Origin: Leptogorgia sarmentosa
Lineage: Eukaryota
Length of the DNA stretch: 64,000 nt
Reading direction: 5' to 3'
Assembly (NCBI GenBank): GCA_964658305.1
Contig: OZ210885.1
Span: 23,932,001-23,996,000 of the forward strand
How positions within the stretch are numbered: the first letter of the stretch is position 1; every line of letters starts with the position of its first letter. Made by a program: the position numbers and the translations under genes. This document shows positions 26,663 through 39,110 of this stretch, piece by piece. Below the pieces are notes generated by a model. The model worked only from the letters and a program-made list of their open reading frames with translations. It ran no database searches and was not told the origin of the DNA.

Positions 26663-28150
26663 TTATTGCATTGTCCCAATAATGTTCAATACTTGTGCGA
26701 AGTGATTTATACCATGATTACCATCCTCGGCCAGGAAATCAATAGCTTGTAAACGAGTTAATTGATCATTCGATAATTCCTGCAGTATTTCTGGTACAAT
26801 AATTCCACCATCTTCAATTGCAAAGTCATCAATAGGTACCGGACCGAAAGTATCAATACCATATTGTTGGGGGAGTACTTGGAAATAAGGTTCAAATGTC
26901 GTCATACTAGTTTCCCATAAGGCTAAAGGGGATTGGTTTTGTGATGTTCTCATTCCTGTGAAACTTAATTGATTCTCCAATTCAAATAAAGATTTCTTGA
27001 TTCGTGGAAGAAAGACTTGATGCAATGCAAAAAGATGCATTTCATTTGCTGAATCCAATAAGTATTGTGATTCAAGGAATCTAAATAGGTCAGAATAATA
27101 CCTTGTTACCACTCTATTGACATCGCCCCACAACCTCTCTATTCTCTCATTGTGGATGCTGCAATCAGTTATAAAACTGCCCCAATTTAATCCACGAGAA
27201 GCTATCATGTACCGAGCCACATCGTAATTTTCTACACCATGGTCTCCCCGCACCCGTGAAGGTAATCCAAACTTCCGTACACCATCTGAAAAGTAGTTGA
27301 GTGATATAGCTGCCAAGTTGTTGTTGGTGCACTGTAAGTATATCGGTAGTCGACTGTAACCATCTACACATCCAAAAATCACGAAACGCCACGAGATTAA
27401 CTTATGATTTGTATCAATATGCCATAAATGATTTGCCCCCCTTACATTGTATGTACGTCGATGTATGGCATTACTTCTTCTCACTGCTCGTCCGACAGGA
27501 TCAAGCACATTCAATCTTTCCCTTATACGCCATCTTTGCAAGTGTATATTTCGACTTCTTAAGCTGCCAATTACTAATTTATCAATTAATTTCTCCCCTG
27601 CGTTTGGTGTATTAGAAAGTATGTTCATTATTATACTATCCAAATCGGAATCCGATATGTCTGAGTAGTTCTCGAGTATCCCATACTCTTGTCTTCTCCT
27701 ATAGAGTGTCCGCTCACTAATATGAAGGACTTTTGCAATATTCTTCCATGTCATTCCACATGAATGAAGTCGTTCAATTCGATCTTTGGGTATAAAGTAC
27801 TTTGGTCTACCTTCAGTTTGCAGTAATTGTGAGGTCTTTGTAGGTTGACATGTCCTCGATTCTTCTCAACTGTCCACGGACTATTCTTAATAACTGTTGA
27901 AACCTATCTTTGAAAATTTCACCTGCCTGATTTACAGGTTCATCTAGTACTTGGAGGAAGGCAACAATGATACCAAGATGACCTTCTAAATGTCGTTCAC
28001 AGTATTACAAAAGATCGACTGACATTGTCGAAAGATATTGCTCTGTTCGCTCAATTATTCTTAACAGCGATAAAAAGTAATCACTTAATTCTTCGTCATT
28101 ATTTCCCACAACAGCAACAATAGGTATAAAAAATGCTATGAGAAACATAT
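26663..28150 (-). CDS. IS3EU integrase-like DDE transposase (363-aa core open; N-terminal part frameshifted)
   Basis: HTH GRPK...[20 protein letters not shown]; catalytic triad HIDTNHKL / [10 protein letters not shown] / [10 protein letters not shown]-terminal YGID..GP. Confidence 0.88.
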
Positions 28151-28261
28151 AAAAATATGCTATAAAATATATTTTAAAATGCCTTGCCCGAAAAAACATT
28201 CACCTGGATTATACTAATATTTTTAATTCATTGAAATTTTGGAAATTCTCGGCATTTATTC

Positions 28262-28532
28262 TTGATAGAAGTTTTTTGTGTTAGGTTATTTTTTTTGTAC
28301 ATATTCTCGATACGTTATTTTCGCGTGCATATTCTCAATAGGTCATTTTTGTGTCTATATCTCAATGGGTTATATTTGTTGCATATCTCGAAATGGTATT
28401 TTGAGACATCTCGGTGCCCTATTTTTGAAAATGCAAAACTGGACTGGTTTTCCCGTGGTTCTCGGTCCCATTTTTGCGACTCGATACCCTTTCTGGAATT
28501 CGATACCCTTTTGGCCGAAATGGCTTTCCATA
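28262..28532 (-). repeat. Right TIR of IS3EU copy 1
   Basis: Reverse complement of 10343 to about 10620. Confidence 0.9.
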
Positions 28533-28605
28533 CAATATTACACTATTTACAATGCCGAAGTTTATCACAATATATTTCATAAACGATTTTATTTCTCAGA
28601 GTAAC

Positions 28606-28980
28606 AATTAATATACATGAAATCTCAATTCTGATTGGCTGACAGGGGTGCAAACCAGTGTAATTTTTAGGAAATAGTGCCAAAAAAGGAAATATAGTGC
28701 AAAGGTTTAATTTTTGTGACTAGTGACTACCTTTGCACCTGTTAATGTATGCCACTTGCACAAAGGATAAGCATTACCAGGTAAATAATTTTCATGTATA
28801 TTAATCAGTAATAGCATGATTTCTCGTGCAATTTGAAAAAATAACATGCAACTCGTCTTTCGCACTCGTGCAGTTTTGAAAAACCCACTTGTGCACGTTT
28901 TTTTTTTCCAAATTGCACTTCGAAACCATACTGTTACTGTACCTATACGAATCAGCACTCACTACAAAGACAATTATTAT
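28606..28980. repeat. Probable Crypton-like non-autonomous repeat
   Basis: TTAATATA...ATTCTGATTGGCTG start motif shared with the repeats at 53780 and 62385. Non-coding. Confidence 0.35.
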
Positions 28981-30053
28981 TTTAAACAAAATTTACAAAG
29001 ACAAATGTTATTTTAAATTAAGAAAAACATGCTCGACAAATCCAGGATTTTGCTTTTGGTGCTCTTGATTTCCCGATGCATTCTAAGTGGAACCATTCCA
29101 GGCATGCATCACAGCCAATTTGGGGTTTTTTGTCGTCTAAAATACGTCTGCACGTTGGGCACTCCCAAAATGATTCTTCTTCAACCGTTTGCAAAATGTT
29201 GCTCATCTTCTTCCAACCATCAAGACAGAAATACTTCTTGACTCTGTAGATGTTTACCATCAAGAATTTTTTTCGGAACTTTTTCAGGCAAAAAAAGAAC
29301 ACACGCTTTAATCTGACACGCTTTAATCTGATAATTGGCGGACAATACATCATTCACAAATTTTTTCGGTGCCACCATTTCTAATATAACTTCAAAAAAA
29401 ATGACAATGCATTAAAATAAAATGTCAGTATGCGCAGTTCATGAATATTGTCTAACTGAATTTGAGGGCACGTACAACTAACATAGGTACAATACTCAGC
29501 AATACATGCTAATACGCCCATTTATTGTCGCACAATTATATATTCACACTACTCACATTGTGCTTTTTCATTTGGCGATTTATGAATGAACAGGGTTGGC
29601 TTTTTATCCGTTTTCCTCTTCTTTGGTAGCCCAATAGTCGTCATCTCGGATCCCTTAGGTCTCCCACGTGATTTTATTCTAGGTGGTGTTATAATGTCTT
29701 TCGTCTTCACAGGCTGCACTATTAAAGTGTTACTGCAACGAATTTTTCGACCTCGTTTTTTTTGCCTTAAATAAATATTCTGGTCGAAAGATGAAATTTG
29801 GTGTATAGATGACTTTTGTACGTTCAGTGGAAGTAACTAAATTTCGCCTCCAAACTTCGATACCGGATGCGACAAAAACAGCCGCCATTTTGTCACCTTG
29901 TGACGTCACAAGTGTAACACGTTTAGCGAAGCTACTAGTAAATTGTATTGCGTTAGAGCTATACTCTGTGTTTCTCACGCTTTTTTGGCCGGAAAAAAAT
30001 ATCTTTTGAAACAAAACCTGACCATAGGCATTTTAAGACAATATATTTTGCTC

Positions 30054-30285
30054 ATGTCGAGTAACGAGTCTGGCATAGACCCGCAATCGTGTGAAAGTTC
30101 AAGTGAAACTGCATGACCCGGTGTCGGATGGCTGGTTAGTTCATGTCACATCGCACTGCTTTGCGTACGACGACGAACCTGTAGCAGAACCTGGGGAAAC
30201 GAATTGTGTTCCAGAAGATCCAGATGGATTGTTGCCAGCAACTATTGAACAAAGAAGCGACGGTAGAATAACTCTGGAACAGTGA
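30054..30285 (+). pseudogene. Probable first exon of the Kolobok accessory (KolX-like) gene
   Basis: Acidic segment AYDDEPVA...DGL...IEQR...LEQ, then a GTAAGT-like splice donor. Convergent with the THAP gene. Confidence 0.45.
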
Positions 30286-30608
30286 TAAGTGAAGGTTCAA
30301 GACTGTTTAGACTTTAGCCTAATTAAAATAGCCGACGTAGGCTAAATTTGAATGTATATTTTATTGCTTTTATTTAATATTCATCTGTAATGATATATTG
30401 TTAATTTTGGTATCAATATATTGATATCAGTATAATTATTGATTCCACAATGCCGTCTCAATATCTCAGAACAAGTGTGTATGTAAAAGAGCCCAATTCT
30501 ATAGGCCCTTTCTTTTGGGCTTCCTTGCCTTCTATTTATTAAATTTGTAAATACTTAAGCTGTGGCAGAATAAATTTTATTTGATTTGATAAGGAAAATA
30601 GTCACAAT

Positions 30609-30896
30609 TCATAGCAAGTTAATATTTAGCGATTTTGCTAACTCTAGATTCATATCATAGCACGAATCTTCGAAGTGAAGGCACGAGGTCGCCGTAGCGT
30701 CAAAACCCGGGTTATGTTTACAGACAAATTTCACGCACTTATTACGTCTCTGAGCATCTGTTTCTTCATTAGGGAATAGATGCATAGATACTCCTTCAGT
30801 TTTGCTATCATTGACGCAGCTAACTAAGTTAGGACCGCCAGCAACGCAGAGTTTTCCTCCGCGAGTAGCTTTACGTCTATTAGAAATATACGCCAT
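30609..30896 (-). pseudogene. THAP domain, N-terminus of the Kolobok transposase
   Basis: CVAGGPNLVSC...SMHLFP...KFV...CLHFEDSCY THAP signature, with the conserved Trp mutated; truncated. Confidence 0.85.
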
Positions 30897-31944
30897 GTTG
30901 ACAATGTGTTACACTTGTGACGTCACACGGCATTAGTATGGTGGTCGAAAATGTCGCACGGAAGTAGCCAAAAATCGCAACTTTGAAAGGCCATAAAATC
31001 CGTTTGAAAAGAGCAATTTTAATTCTGTTTGCGGTAAACATATTCGGAGAGTAAGTACTTTAAAATAAGCCAATAAAAAAGGGGTCGAAAAATTCGTTGC
31101 AGTAACACTTTAAGGAAATAACGATGCCAAAGATTATCATTATGGGTACAGTGATGATATCTTTTAGCTATGTGAACTACTATGAATCACATCAAAAAAA
31201 AGAAATGAATGAAACAAGTAACATTAAATTTCATGGTACCTGCTTTCTTTTCTATGGAATTTTTGTCACTTTCTTTCGAATCAATTATTTCGCTCATTTT
31301 ATTTCCATCTTCACAGGACGCATCAGAAACTGCAACAATGCTGGCTTGATTTTTTCCTGCTCGAAGTTCAACTTCCACTCCGTTTTCCCATGCTCGCAGT
31401 AGATTCTTTAGACAAAGCAAGCGTTCATGGAATTGAGAGCCAGAAGCTTCACTAGCGACGCCTGCAATCTTTTGAGCAACGAAAAACATGGTAGCTGAGA
31501 AATTGCAAAAACTCTTGATTGAAGATCAAAGATCGAGTTGTTTTTTAACCAGTTTATATGGGGTATAACGCTTGTAGAATTGTAACTCCGCCTGTCCAAA
31601 ATCGTGTAAATCTGGTGGTCGTTTGTGAAAAATTGTTGTCGCCTGGTGATCTCGTTCTTGTGTCAATGAAGCAATGCAATATTGCAAATCCCGATGGAAA
31701 TTCAAAGGACCGGAGTTTTTGGTGACAACCTGTTTCAATTTCTGGTTGATGCTTTCAAGACGATTTTTTGTTGAGTTGAGAAAATTAGTATACCTGCACT
31801 TCTTTCCTTCAACCCACTCATCTCATATTTGGTGCCAGTTTTCATTGAAATAATCTTTGACAGCGGAAAATCTTGTACTCATCACTTGTACTCATTTTTA
31901 CTGACCGTAAAAATCCTGGTAAATTTCTTCGCATATGCCATGGA

Positions 31945-32215
31945 CTTCAACTCGTCACTGAAGTCTGTTTTTTTGCTGAACTGTGACCCATCATTGACCT
32001 TCTCATCATGACTGAACTTTAACTCATCACTGAACTCTGTCTTTTTGGTGAACTTGACTCATCATTGACCTTCTCATCATCACTGAAATCTGTCTTTTTG
32101 GTGAACTTTGACTCATCATTGAACTCTGAGTCATCACTGATTTTTTTTTACTGGACTTTTTTGACTCATCACTGAACTTTGCCTTTTTACTGGACTTTTT
32201 TAGCTCATCACCGAA
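31945..32215. repeat. Degenerate tandem repeat array (TCATCACTGAA...TTTTT...GAACTTTGAC units)
   Basis: Recurring TCATCA(C/T)TGA motifs. The minus-strand translation is K/S/D/E-rich. Confidence 0.7.
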
Positions 32216-32552
32216 TGTAACTGGCACTAGTGCCAAGCCCCCAGTTTGCTTAACAAACACGGTTAGACAAAAAACGTTGCTGTTTACAATTATTTGCGAT
32301 ATTGTACTATTCATAGTGCTCTTAATGATATGCGAAGATTGAATATGCGAAATAAACCACATTAAGAGGATTAATGGTAATGACATGCATACATTGCAAT
32401 GCCTGGATGACTATAAATACCACGATTTCACCATAGCGCTCACTTGGTGCTCAGTTTTAAAACGGTCTGTGTGGTGGAGGACTTTGAAAAATTGGCCGTC
32501 GTTCGACGCACACAAATAATATCGAGATATCCGCCGTTCGTTGCCTACTTGA

Positions 32553-34149
32553 ATGGACGAAGTGGAAGTTGTACAGTATCCTAATGTACCTCAACTACCT
32601 CAACAACAACCTGAACCAGCTGTTGTTCAGCCACCGCAAATCCCTGCTGAACAAGCTGATGGCGGAGCGCCGGCCGCACCAGTTCAACCACCAGCCCAAG
32701 GTGACAATCCAGCGAATGAACTAGAGGTAAAAATATATATTTCACCTTTCTTTTGGTACACAAACTCCGTTATCTCTAGGCCTTGACAAGTGTTCCTTCC
32801 CTTCTAAACCAGAGTGAGAGTGATATTTCCCCTTCTCGTTCCGTGGGGAATATTATGACTTTACAATTGTATAGTTGGCTGGTGGAGCATGCTATTACCA
32901 CTTGGTTGCTTATATAAGTGTGTAGAATTGCATGTAACGACCGACGGCATCCTTCATGTATTTAATATATGTTTCACATACGAGAAGCCTTGAGATAAAC
33001 TCATCCCGGTCTCTGATAATTTGCTAGTAACTTTCAGTACTATTTTGCAGACAGATATCTCTCCGAGACATATATATCTTCACTATCAGTGTATGGCTTA
33101 CTAATTAGTGCATACATCCAGATATGTGTTCTTTGTTTCCCATGTTAATGCTATGCAAGGATTACGTTCATACTGTGTTTACTGGCATTCATATGGCGAG
33201 AAGTCTGATCGAGTGTTCGAGGACTTGTTTAATTTATATGGGCGAGAGTTCGCTAAGTCTGATCGAGTGTTCGAGGACTTGTTTAATTTCTATGGGCGAG
33301 AATTCGCTAAGTCTGATCGAGTGTTCGAGGACTTGTTTAATTTATATGGGCGAGAGTTCGCTAAGTCTGATCGAGTGTTCGAGGACTTGTTTAATTTATA
33401 TGGACGTCAATTTGCTAAGCCTGATCGAGCAGATCGAGGACTTGTTTAATTTATATGAACAAGAGTTCGTTTTAGAGATTATTATTACTGAAAAATATAC
33501 ACAGTTGATTTATGTACGGAACCTATTATTATGTGGGGCCCTACCTGTGCCAATACACGCCATAAAGATATGGAACTGCAGCCATGATATATATCTGATA
33601 TTTTCTTTATTTCTGTGTTAGAATCTCAGGAAGGTCTGTGAACAGTTACAACGTTCAGTGGACGAGATCTCTAAACCCACCGTTGCTATAGTCTTAAAGA
33701 AGGTCTTAGACTATTCCATGCGACCTAATATTGAATTTAACAAATATGACACGCTCGCCATGCTGGAGAACCTAAAAAATACCGCACGGGACAATCAAGA
33801 CGTGAAACATGAGTATTATCGCCTGGCATATGAGACGGCACGTAGTAAAATTCATCTTTCACAGGAACACTACCGTTCATTGATATTGAGACTGTTGGGA
33901 GATAAAGATCATCAAAAAATTTTTGAAGCCGTCTCAAAAGTCGAGAAATCTATTCTAAAATCAGCTCCACCAACAAGACCACCGTATGCGTATCAACCAT
34001 ATCCTACATATCGTGGTCGCGGCAGGGGAAGTTTTACATCCCTTCGGTGTTTTAGATGTCATCAACTGGGTCATCGTGTTGCCAGGTGTAACATGCCACC
34101 TGCGTCGTCATCGGCACCGCCCAAGAATACACAGCACCCTCCTCATTGA
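32553..34149 (+). CDS. Gag-like protein, predicted as two exons (32553-32726 and 33622-34149), with a CCHC knuckle
   Basis: GAG|GTAAAA donor and polypyrimidine...TTAG| acceptor join in phase 0 (NELE|NLRKVCEQLQRSVDE). RGRGRG and CFRCHQLGHRVARC near the C-terminus. Confidence 0.75.
33201..33470 (+). repeat. 54-bp minisatellite, about 5 copies
   Basis: Unit AAGTCTGATCGAGTGTTCGAGGACTTGTTTAATTTATATGGGCGAGAGTTCGCT at 33201, 33255, 33309 and 33363, plus a degenerate fifth copy. Confidence 0.95.
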
Positions 34150-34646
34150 GGTTCTGAACAGCCTTGAATATCCTATACTGACACTTCAATACCATTATGC
34201 GTCACAGAACTAGTATTATGCAACATTATAATAAACAAATAAAAAATAAAATAATAATTAAAAATGTTATAGATCATATTTACAATTATTGTAGATATTC
34301 TGTAATTAAAGCAAGTAAAAATTTTAAAAAAAAATAAAAAAATATCGTTCTATGTTGCTTTTCTTTGCTTCTCTTTTTTCTCTTTGGTTTTTGGAGGTTG
34401 GAGAGTTTTGAAAAAGGGGTATCTAAATCAACCCTCTCAGTTAACTGGGTCGAAGCTGTCCTTCCTCCGCTGACTAAGGGGCTTGCCCTGCTTGCCTCAT
34501 TATATTTTTGCTCCCTATTGTAGCCTGATCCTTTTTGGTCATGGGAGAAATGTAGTTCTTTCGACTCTGCTGTTTGTGATGTCACCAAGCCTATTGAAAT
34601 TAATTGGGTAAATGTCCAAGGTGAGCCCCTTCAGGTTAGCGGAGGG

Positions 34647-36778
34647 ATGGCAGCAAATGGTCACCTACGCGAAACCGTACGACTCGTTAGCCAGGGTGAC
34701 CTTGTGGGTGATTGTACTCAGCTGGCGTTTAGAGACCCGGAACTTTTCCGTGCCGGTGAACTTCACTCTCACTTCACTGCGTGGGAAGCATTGGCTGACA
34801 GTCCAGTACCATCGACGGAACAGCAAGAAGTCTTAGCATGGATTAGAGAGGGTGTATCAGTCCATCCCTACTTTAAACATTTTAACGGGATGTTCAAAGG
34901 GGAAAAATATGATTCGGATTTACCGCCCCTAAAAACATTCAAACACAATAGTTCATGTAAGCCATTTGTCAAGACCATTCAAAAAACCCTACTGGATCGT
35001 GTTGCGACGGGGGCTATTTCCCTTGTTGGACAGGTGGGGCGTGTCGACCCACCACATCTTGTTTTGCCCTTGACAATGGAGCCTACTAAACCAAGATTAT
35101 GTCACGATGCTCGATTTTTAAATCTATGGATGCAGGATAGACCTTTCACACTGGACAAGCTCATTGATCTCCCACGTTATGTAACAAAGGACTCGTACCA
35201 GACAGTACTGGATGACAAATCTGGATATGATCATCTCTTAATGACCACAAATAGCCGTACCTATTTTGGATTTCAATGGGGGGGTTGGTACTTCACTTAC
35301 AACACCCTCCCATTTGGATGGAAGATATCACCTTATGTATACCACACTACCGGATTGATGGCGTCGAATCATTTCCGCTCATTGGCTATACCGTGCCTCC
35401 TCTATATAGATGACCGTCACAATGGCCAGTTGCAGGTAAATCTTAATAATGGCCATATGCGAACATGACTAACATCGATGATCATAATTTTGCCGCTGCG
35501 AAATCTGCAGTTTTCCTTGTGGCTTTTTTCCTGATACAGTTAGGCTATTTCCTTGGTCTAAAGAAGTCCATTTTGACACCACAAAAGGTTGTTCCCTATC
35601 TTGGGTTTCGTGCAGACTCGATTGGAGAGGTTTTCCGTCTTATACCGGATAAACAACATAAGTTCATTGACTTGATTCGCGAAACACTGAAGACAAATTA
35701 TATCTCTGTAAAAACCCTTCAGCGAATTGTTGGGAAATGTGTCTCGTTCTCCCTCGCCGTAGCCGCAGCACGGTTGTTCACCAGGGAAATGAACGCGGCC
35801 ATCTCCCGGGGTTTACTCACTCAGCGATGTATCCGTCTCGATGGTCCTTTACGTGATGAAATTGCCCATTGGCTTTTCCTCGAAAACTGGGATGATCCTA
35901 TTCCATGGCGAAACGAGAGGCACTTACAGGTTACGATGGCAACCGATGCGTCCCAATTTGGCTGGGGTGGCACCATCTCCCTCCCTGAACACTCTTACAC
36001 GTCTGACTACTGGATGGCGAGTGAAATGTTATGGGATATCGCAACGAAGGAGGCAGTCGCTATTGATTGAGTGCTTCAGGCATTTTCTACTCACATCACT
36101 AATTCGCGAGTGGACGTTTCTGTCGATAATCAAGTAGTTATCCAAGCGTGGAATAACCAAGGCTGTCGCAGTGGTCCATTAAATGGAGCTATGAAAATGT
36201 TGTTCAAAACCACGACTCAATTTAATATCTTACTTCATCTCTCTTACATCCCAACTAAAGAGAATCCAGCGGATAGTCCTTCGAGGCGTCTATCAATGCT
36301 GGACAGCATGCTTACTCCTCAAATGTGGCACAAGGTGCAGTCACAATTTGGTGGTAGAGAGGGTCACTCTTGCGATTTGATGTCCTTGGATTCGAATGTA
36401 ATGATGGACCACTCTGGGTCTCCTCTTCCTCATTTTGCGCCATTTCCCTTACCAGGAGCATTGGCAGTAAATTTATTTGCACAAGATCTCACCAGGTACA
36501 CATCTCTCATGGCTCGCCCTTACGTTTTCCCTCCTCTTGTCATGGTTGGGCCTCTTCTAAAATTTTTGCGAAGCTATAAGCAACGATGTACGATTGTGGT
36601 TCTGGATAAGTATCCCCGGAAATACTGGTGGCCCCTGCTTCACTCTTCTGCAACCCATTCAACCATTTTAGCACCTAAGGGCAAAGACCAGGCACTGCTC
36701 TACCCTACTCGCCAGGGCTGGACTGCTATGGCTAGCATCCCAGGAGATTTATGTGCATTTGCAGTGGAATTTTCGTAA
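34647..36778 (+). pseudogene. DIRS-type reverse transcriptase, RNase H and DNA N6-adenine methyltransferase-like domain
   Basis: KPRLCHDAR, DDKSGYDH, LPFGW, LYIDD; RNase H TDASQFGWG, KE, VDNQ, NPADSPSR; MT-like DLMS...NLFAQD...YVFPP...WWPLL. Frameshift near 35460 and a TGA at 36068. Confidence 0.92.
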
Positions 36779-36971
36779 TGGGATCAATTTGCGAATACCC
36801 TGAACACAGGAACGAGTTTACTCTCGCAGATTAACGTGCACGTCACAAATTTTTTTTTTTTTTTTTGACTTAATATTTCACTTTGGTTGCTGTTTTCTCC
36901 AATGTAAATACTATCTGCTTTGCCTTCACGCTATTACACGTGCGCTAAAAGAATAAATCTGGTATTCTTTA

Positions 36972-38329
36972 GACTCTTCCTCTGATCGCAAAACTATTTT
37001 GCCCCTCGGTTCGCTGCCCTTCGTGTAGCCACGCCAATGACCACGATTTCCGATTCTGCCAGCGGTGTGGCTATGCTCGTAAGATAATTCGAAAGAAGCC
37101 ACACAATTGATTTTAATCTTGACGAAATAGATCAACGCCTCCACCAGTTGCTGGCTGTGGATAGTGGGAGCACTTATTCAAAGCAAAAGGAATCGCTAAC
37201 AACCGAGCTGGAGTCATTTTTGAATACGCTCCGTAATTATGTTACTCTGGAAACAGTAACGCCTCAGGACTTGTGCAGATTCCTCATTTTCAAGGACAGA
37301 CATGGTAGAACTTAGGTACATCAACAGGGTTGTCCCCACATAGGTCAAAAGAGCCACCATAGTTGTGGTTGCCCTTTGAGATTATCCTATAAAACTGTGG
37401 ATTCGTACGTTGGAAAATTGCGTTCTATTTTCCATGCATTGGGCCGTGAATGTGAATGGGACAAGCGGCTGGCTTTAGGAAATCCAGCATCTGACAAATC
37501 TGTCAAGGATTACCTGCGAGTAATAACTGCTGAACAGCTACAAGCCCGAGTTACGCCAAAACAAGCTACTCCCTTCTTTGTAGACAAATTGACGCAACTA
37601 GCCTCCCACTTGGAGCGAAAACTTCTTGATGCAAAGAAACCGCTGGATAGATATCTAATTACGCGTGACCAGGCCTACTTTAAGATGGCGTTTTTTAGTG
37701 GGGATCGTCCTGGTGACCTAGGGCAACTCAAGGTACTGGAAATACTTAGGTTCCCTAATGATGATGGTTATTTATTTAACCATATTTGGGGTAAGACACT
37801 CAGAGACGGCGATGCCAATGTCTTTGGAATTCGCTGTAATCCCCACGTCGCTATATGCCCTATCAAAGGTATCGAGCTGTATATGGATACAGCATGCCAA
37901 CTTGGCATTGATTTAACCTGTGGCTACCTCTTCAGACCGACAACCCCCAATGGGGGTATTCAAGATACCCCACTTACCTCGGCTGCCGCTGAGTCCCGTT
38001 TAAAAACATATTTACGTGAGATGAAAGCAGATGAAGGGGAAACACTACATGGGTTTCGGTCAGGGTGTGCCATTACTTTAGCTCTGTTGGGCGCTGATTT
38101 ATCTGAGATCATGGATCACGTAGGCTGGTCTCGGCGTCACACTGCACTCTACTACATGCAACTTGCTAAGGTCCTTAATCCATCGGGCTCATCAGCAAAA
38201 CTGGCTACTAATCTGGGAGTTGATCCATCACATGCGTGGAAGGACATGAACCAACTAAAACAGTTTGTCTGTGCTTTCCCTCCCGAGAACTTGTCAAAGC
38301 GGCCACGTGTAGCTACCTATGACCACTAA
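36972..38329 (+). pseudogene. Tyrosine recombinase with N-terminal zinc ribbon and ALOG-like domain
   Basis: CPSC...NDHDFRFCQRCG; DLCRFLIFKD..GRT*VH..GC....CGCPLRL..KTVDSYVGKLRSIF (ALOG-like); catalytic R (GDRPGD), K (GKT), HGFRSG, HVGW and YY. Internal stop near 37312 and an upstream frameshift. Confidence 0.9.
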
Positions 38330-39110
38330 ACAATATTGTATAACACCCCAGTACTGCGTCCTATGCCATTATATTTTGGGACATGATGAGATTTGCGTAT
38401 AGTACTTAGGTTTGGGAAATGACAGAGGTTTGGGGAGATGAATAGGATTGGGGTTTAAAATTGATGAGGTTTGGGGTTGATGAGGATTGGGAAAAGAGAG
38501 AAGATGAGTTAATATATTTGGGTAGTAAAAAGTTAGTGGAATGCGTAGTAAGAGACAACGAAAGAGGAGGCTGACCATCATTTACTCCATTCCTTATTCT
38601 AGCTGAGCAATAAGTAGAGCTCTATGAAATAGGATACTATTCATAGTGCTCTTAATGATATGCGAAGATTGAATATGCGAAATAAACCACATTAAGAGGA
38701 TTAATGGTAATGACATGCATACATTACATGCCTGGATGACTATAAATACCACAATTTCACCGTAGCGCTCAGTTGGTGCTCAGTTTTAAAACGGTCTGTG
38801 TGGTGGAGGACGGCCCACCCAGACTCCTGCCCTTCATTTCTGTGGGTCGAACTCCACCTCACACCACCTGAGACCGGCTGACCATCATTTACTCCATTCC
38901 TTATTCTAGCTGAGCAATAAGTAGAGCTCTATGAAATAGGATACTTAATTTAGTTCGACTTTAAAGAAGCTTGCGATTTGGACACAAGGGGGAACAATCG
39001 GTAAAGATTAATATATAGTTACCTTATGTATGCGCATGTATAAGCTAATGCTTTATATACGCTTTATATTACGCTTATAGTACGCTTTATATTTGTATTT
39101 TAGTTGACGT

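Larger units (their letters stand above)
10343..28532. mobile_element. IS3EU-type DNA transposon, copy 1 (HECT gene plus DDE transposase), enlarged by nested insertions
   Basis: TIRs of about 270 bp, starting TATGGAAAGCCATTTCGGCCAAAAGGG and ending CCCTTTTGGCCGAAATGGCTTTCCATA. Perfect 6-bp TSD CAATAT at 10337-10342 and 28533-28538. Integrase-like transposase inside the right TIR. Confidence 0.9.
29726..31109. mobile_element. Internally deleted Kolobok DNA transposon
   Basis: TIR AGTGTTACTGCAACGAATTTTTCGACC with its inverse at the right end. TTAA TSD at 29722-29725 and 31110-31113. Retains the 5' ends of two convergent genes. Confidence 0.88.
29018..31850 (-). pseudogene. Mutator/MULE (ZSWIM-like) transposase remnant with AT-hook and C-terminal PHD finger; interrupted by Kolobok
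   Basis: The minus strand reads EWVEG...NFLNSTKNRLESINQK (MULE catalytic-Glu motif) near 31800, ERDHQA, PPRIKSRGRPKG (about 29670) and a PHD finger CPTC...GCDACLEWFHLEC...WICRAC. Confidence 0.75.
32305..38945 (+). mobile_element. Full-length PAT-like (DIRS order) tyrosine-recombinase retrotransposon
   Basis: Split direct repeats A1 32305-32482, B1 38569-38638, A2 38635-38811, B2 38876-38945. Gene order is gag, RT, RNase H, methyltransferase-like domain, YR. TACT occurs at both ends and at the B1/A2 junction. Confidence 0.9.

Noticed and set aside
33201..33470. CRISPR-like array
   Set aside because: The units are contiguous and near-identical with no unique spacers, there are no cas genes, and the context is eukaryotic. 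It is a minisatellite.
36071..36778. Bacterial DNA methyltransferase or horizontal transfer
   Set aside because: The MT-like domain is a normal component of DIRS/PAT pol, downstream of RNase H.
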